A DNA stretch of 64,000 bases from Chiloscyllium plagiosum (taxonomy: Eukaryota): assembly GCF_004010195.1 (NCBI RefSeq), contig NC_057719.1, forward strand, positions 87,931,225 through 87,995,224, read 5' to 3'. The notes beneath the pieces are model-generated. The model did not search any database. It saw only the letters and a program-made list of their open reading frames with translations, and was not told where the DNA came from. The position numbers and the translations under genes were made by a program. Positions within the stretch are counted from its first letter, which is position 1. Each line of letters opens with the position of its first letter. Shown here one piece after another: positions 62,306 to 64,000 of this stretch.

Positions 62306-64000
62306 GAAAGATATAAAAGGGACCTTAGGGGTCAACTTTTTCACGCAGAGGGTGGTACGGGTATGAAATGAGCTGCCAGAGGAAGTGAGTGGAGGCTGCT
62401 ACAATTACAACCTTTAAAAGGCATCTCGATGGGTATATGAACAGGAAGGGTTTAGAGAGATATGGGCCAAGTGCTGGCAAATGGGACTAGATTAGGTTGG
62501 GATATCTGGCCGGCATGGACGAGTTTGACCAAAGGATCTGTTTCTGTGCTGTACATCTCTATGACTGTATAAATCAATTTAGTTGGCCAATTCACCTAAC
62601 CTGCACATCTTTGGATTGCGGGAGGAAACTGGAGTACCCAGAGGCAACTCGCGCAAACACGGGAGAATGTGCAAACAAGATAGTTGCCTGAGGGTGGAAT
62701 TGAGCCCAGGTCCCTGGTGTTGTGAGGCAGCAGAGTTAGCCACTAAGCCACCGTGCTGTTGATTGGCCAGAAAGATCAGAAAAATAGATTTAAAAGCATA
62801 GTTAAATAAACAACACTGAAAATTTAAGGAAATACTTTGTAATTCTCAACAAATATACATTCCATTGGGAAGTAAAATCCCCCCCCCAAAAAGTGGCCAA
62901 TTAAAGAGGTTAAGAATGCTACTACATTCAATAAAAGAGTATTGCCAAGTAGAATAACAATCCTGAGGGATGGGAGAATTTTAGACAAAGAAACAAGAAT
63001 GAATGATCTAAAAATTGATGAAGAGGGAGAAAAAGGAGAACATGAGAGTAAACTAAGAAAAGATATTGAAACATTTTAAGAGCTTCCATAAGTACATAAA
63101 AACAAACATGGGAACAAAAGCAAATGTTGGTTATTTAAACATAGGACAGGACAATTTATAAGATGTCAGTAAACATATACTTTATGTTTGTCTTTACAGT
63201 AGAAGACACAAAAGACATATCAGAAACAGTTGGTGTCCAAAGGTTGAATGAGATTGAGGAATCTAAAGTAATGAATATTAAATAATCCAAGATGAGGACA
63301 GGAAAATTTGTGGCTGTAAGAGCTGTTGTTCTTTTGAGGTATGTTCAATGTTGGAGCTGATTTCCTCGAATTCTGGGGACAATACTTACTGTTTTATAAA
63401 CTGTTGCATTGTTTTGGAACTTTGGGGGTAGAAAGGAAGTGACCACAGTTTGCCTCAGCAGTAATCTGCACAGCTAACTGTCTCTGCTGTTTAATTTCAA
63501 CTATCTCTAACCATCGGAGTTTGTCTAAGAAAAATAAACAAATAGCAAAATTCACAGCTGACCTTGGAGAAATCTATGTGAGGTGCTCACAGTAAGGGAG
63601 CAGCTAAGAGGCTAGTTTTAAATTGTAATCATACTGTGGTTTGGATTAGAAATTGTCCAGCTGAAAGAAGACAGAGGATAGTGGTTGATGGGAAATGTTC
63701 ATCCTGGAGTTCAGTTACTAGTGGTGTACCACAAGGATCTGTTTTGGGTCCACTACTGTTTGTCATTTTTATAAACGACCTGGATAAGGGTGTAGAAGGA
63801 TGTGTTGGTGAATTTACGGATGACACTAAGGATGGTACAGTTGTGGATAGTGCTGAAGGATGTTGTAGGTTACAAAGGGACATGGATTACCTGCAGAACT
63901 GGGCTGAGAGGTGGCAAACGGTGTTTCATGCAGAAAAGTGTGAGGTGATTCACTTTGGAAGGAGTAACAGGAATGCAGAGTACTGGGCGAAAGGTAAAAT
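62306..64000 (+). mobile_element. Cluster: CR1 3' tail (62306-62570), HE1 SINE (about 62580-62757, -) and CR1 ORF2 fragments to the window end
   Basis: GVPQGSVLGPLLFVIFINDLD and FTDDTK at about 63720-63830, plus recognisable SINE and CR1 tail sequence. Confidence 0.85.

Overview
Vertebrate nuclear DNA, almost certainly a shark: it carries HE1-type V-SINEs with (TCTAA)n tails, CR1/HER1-like LINEs and Penelope-like elements. Two convergent protein-coding genes are present. On + are ten coding exons of NUSAP1 (2363-21135), which splice into one open frame of 430 codons including the stop; exon 1 lies outside the window. On - are the last two coding exons of NDUFAF1 (33729-33655 and 31815-31675). 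Everything right of about 33.7 kb appears to be one >30 kb NDUFAF1 intron packed with nested transposons. These include a full two-LTR Gmr1-type gypsy element (integrase before RT, 4-bp TSD), a second truncated gypsy element whose LTR is split by a Tx1 LINE, a Penelope element with a 5' inversion, a Rex1/Babar-like LINE, many CR1 LINEs and a Tigger6-like MITE. The most striking pattern is a family of very short (about 40-250 bp), often palindromic Penelope-terminus insertions. Most carry a minimal hammerhead-ribozyme motif and many sit between 10-16 bp target-site duplications. Two assembly gaps are present (35198-35697 and 55581-56336). Family names come from recall and manual translation, not from database searches.
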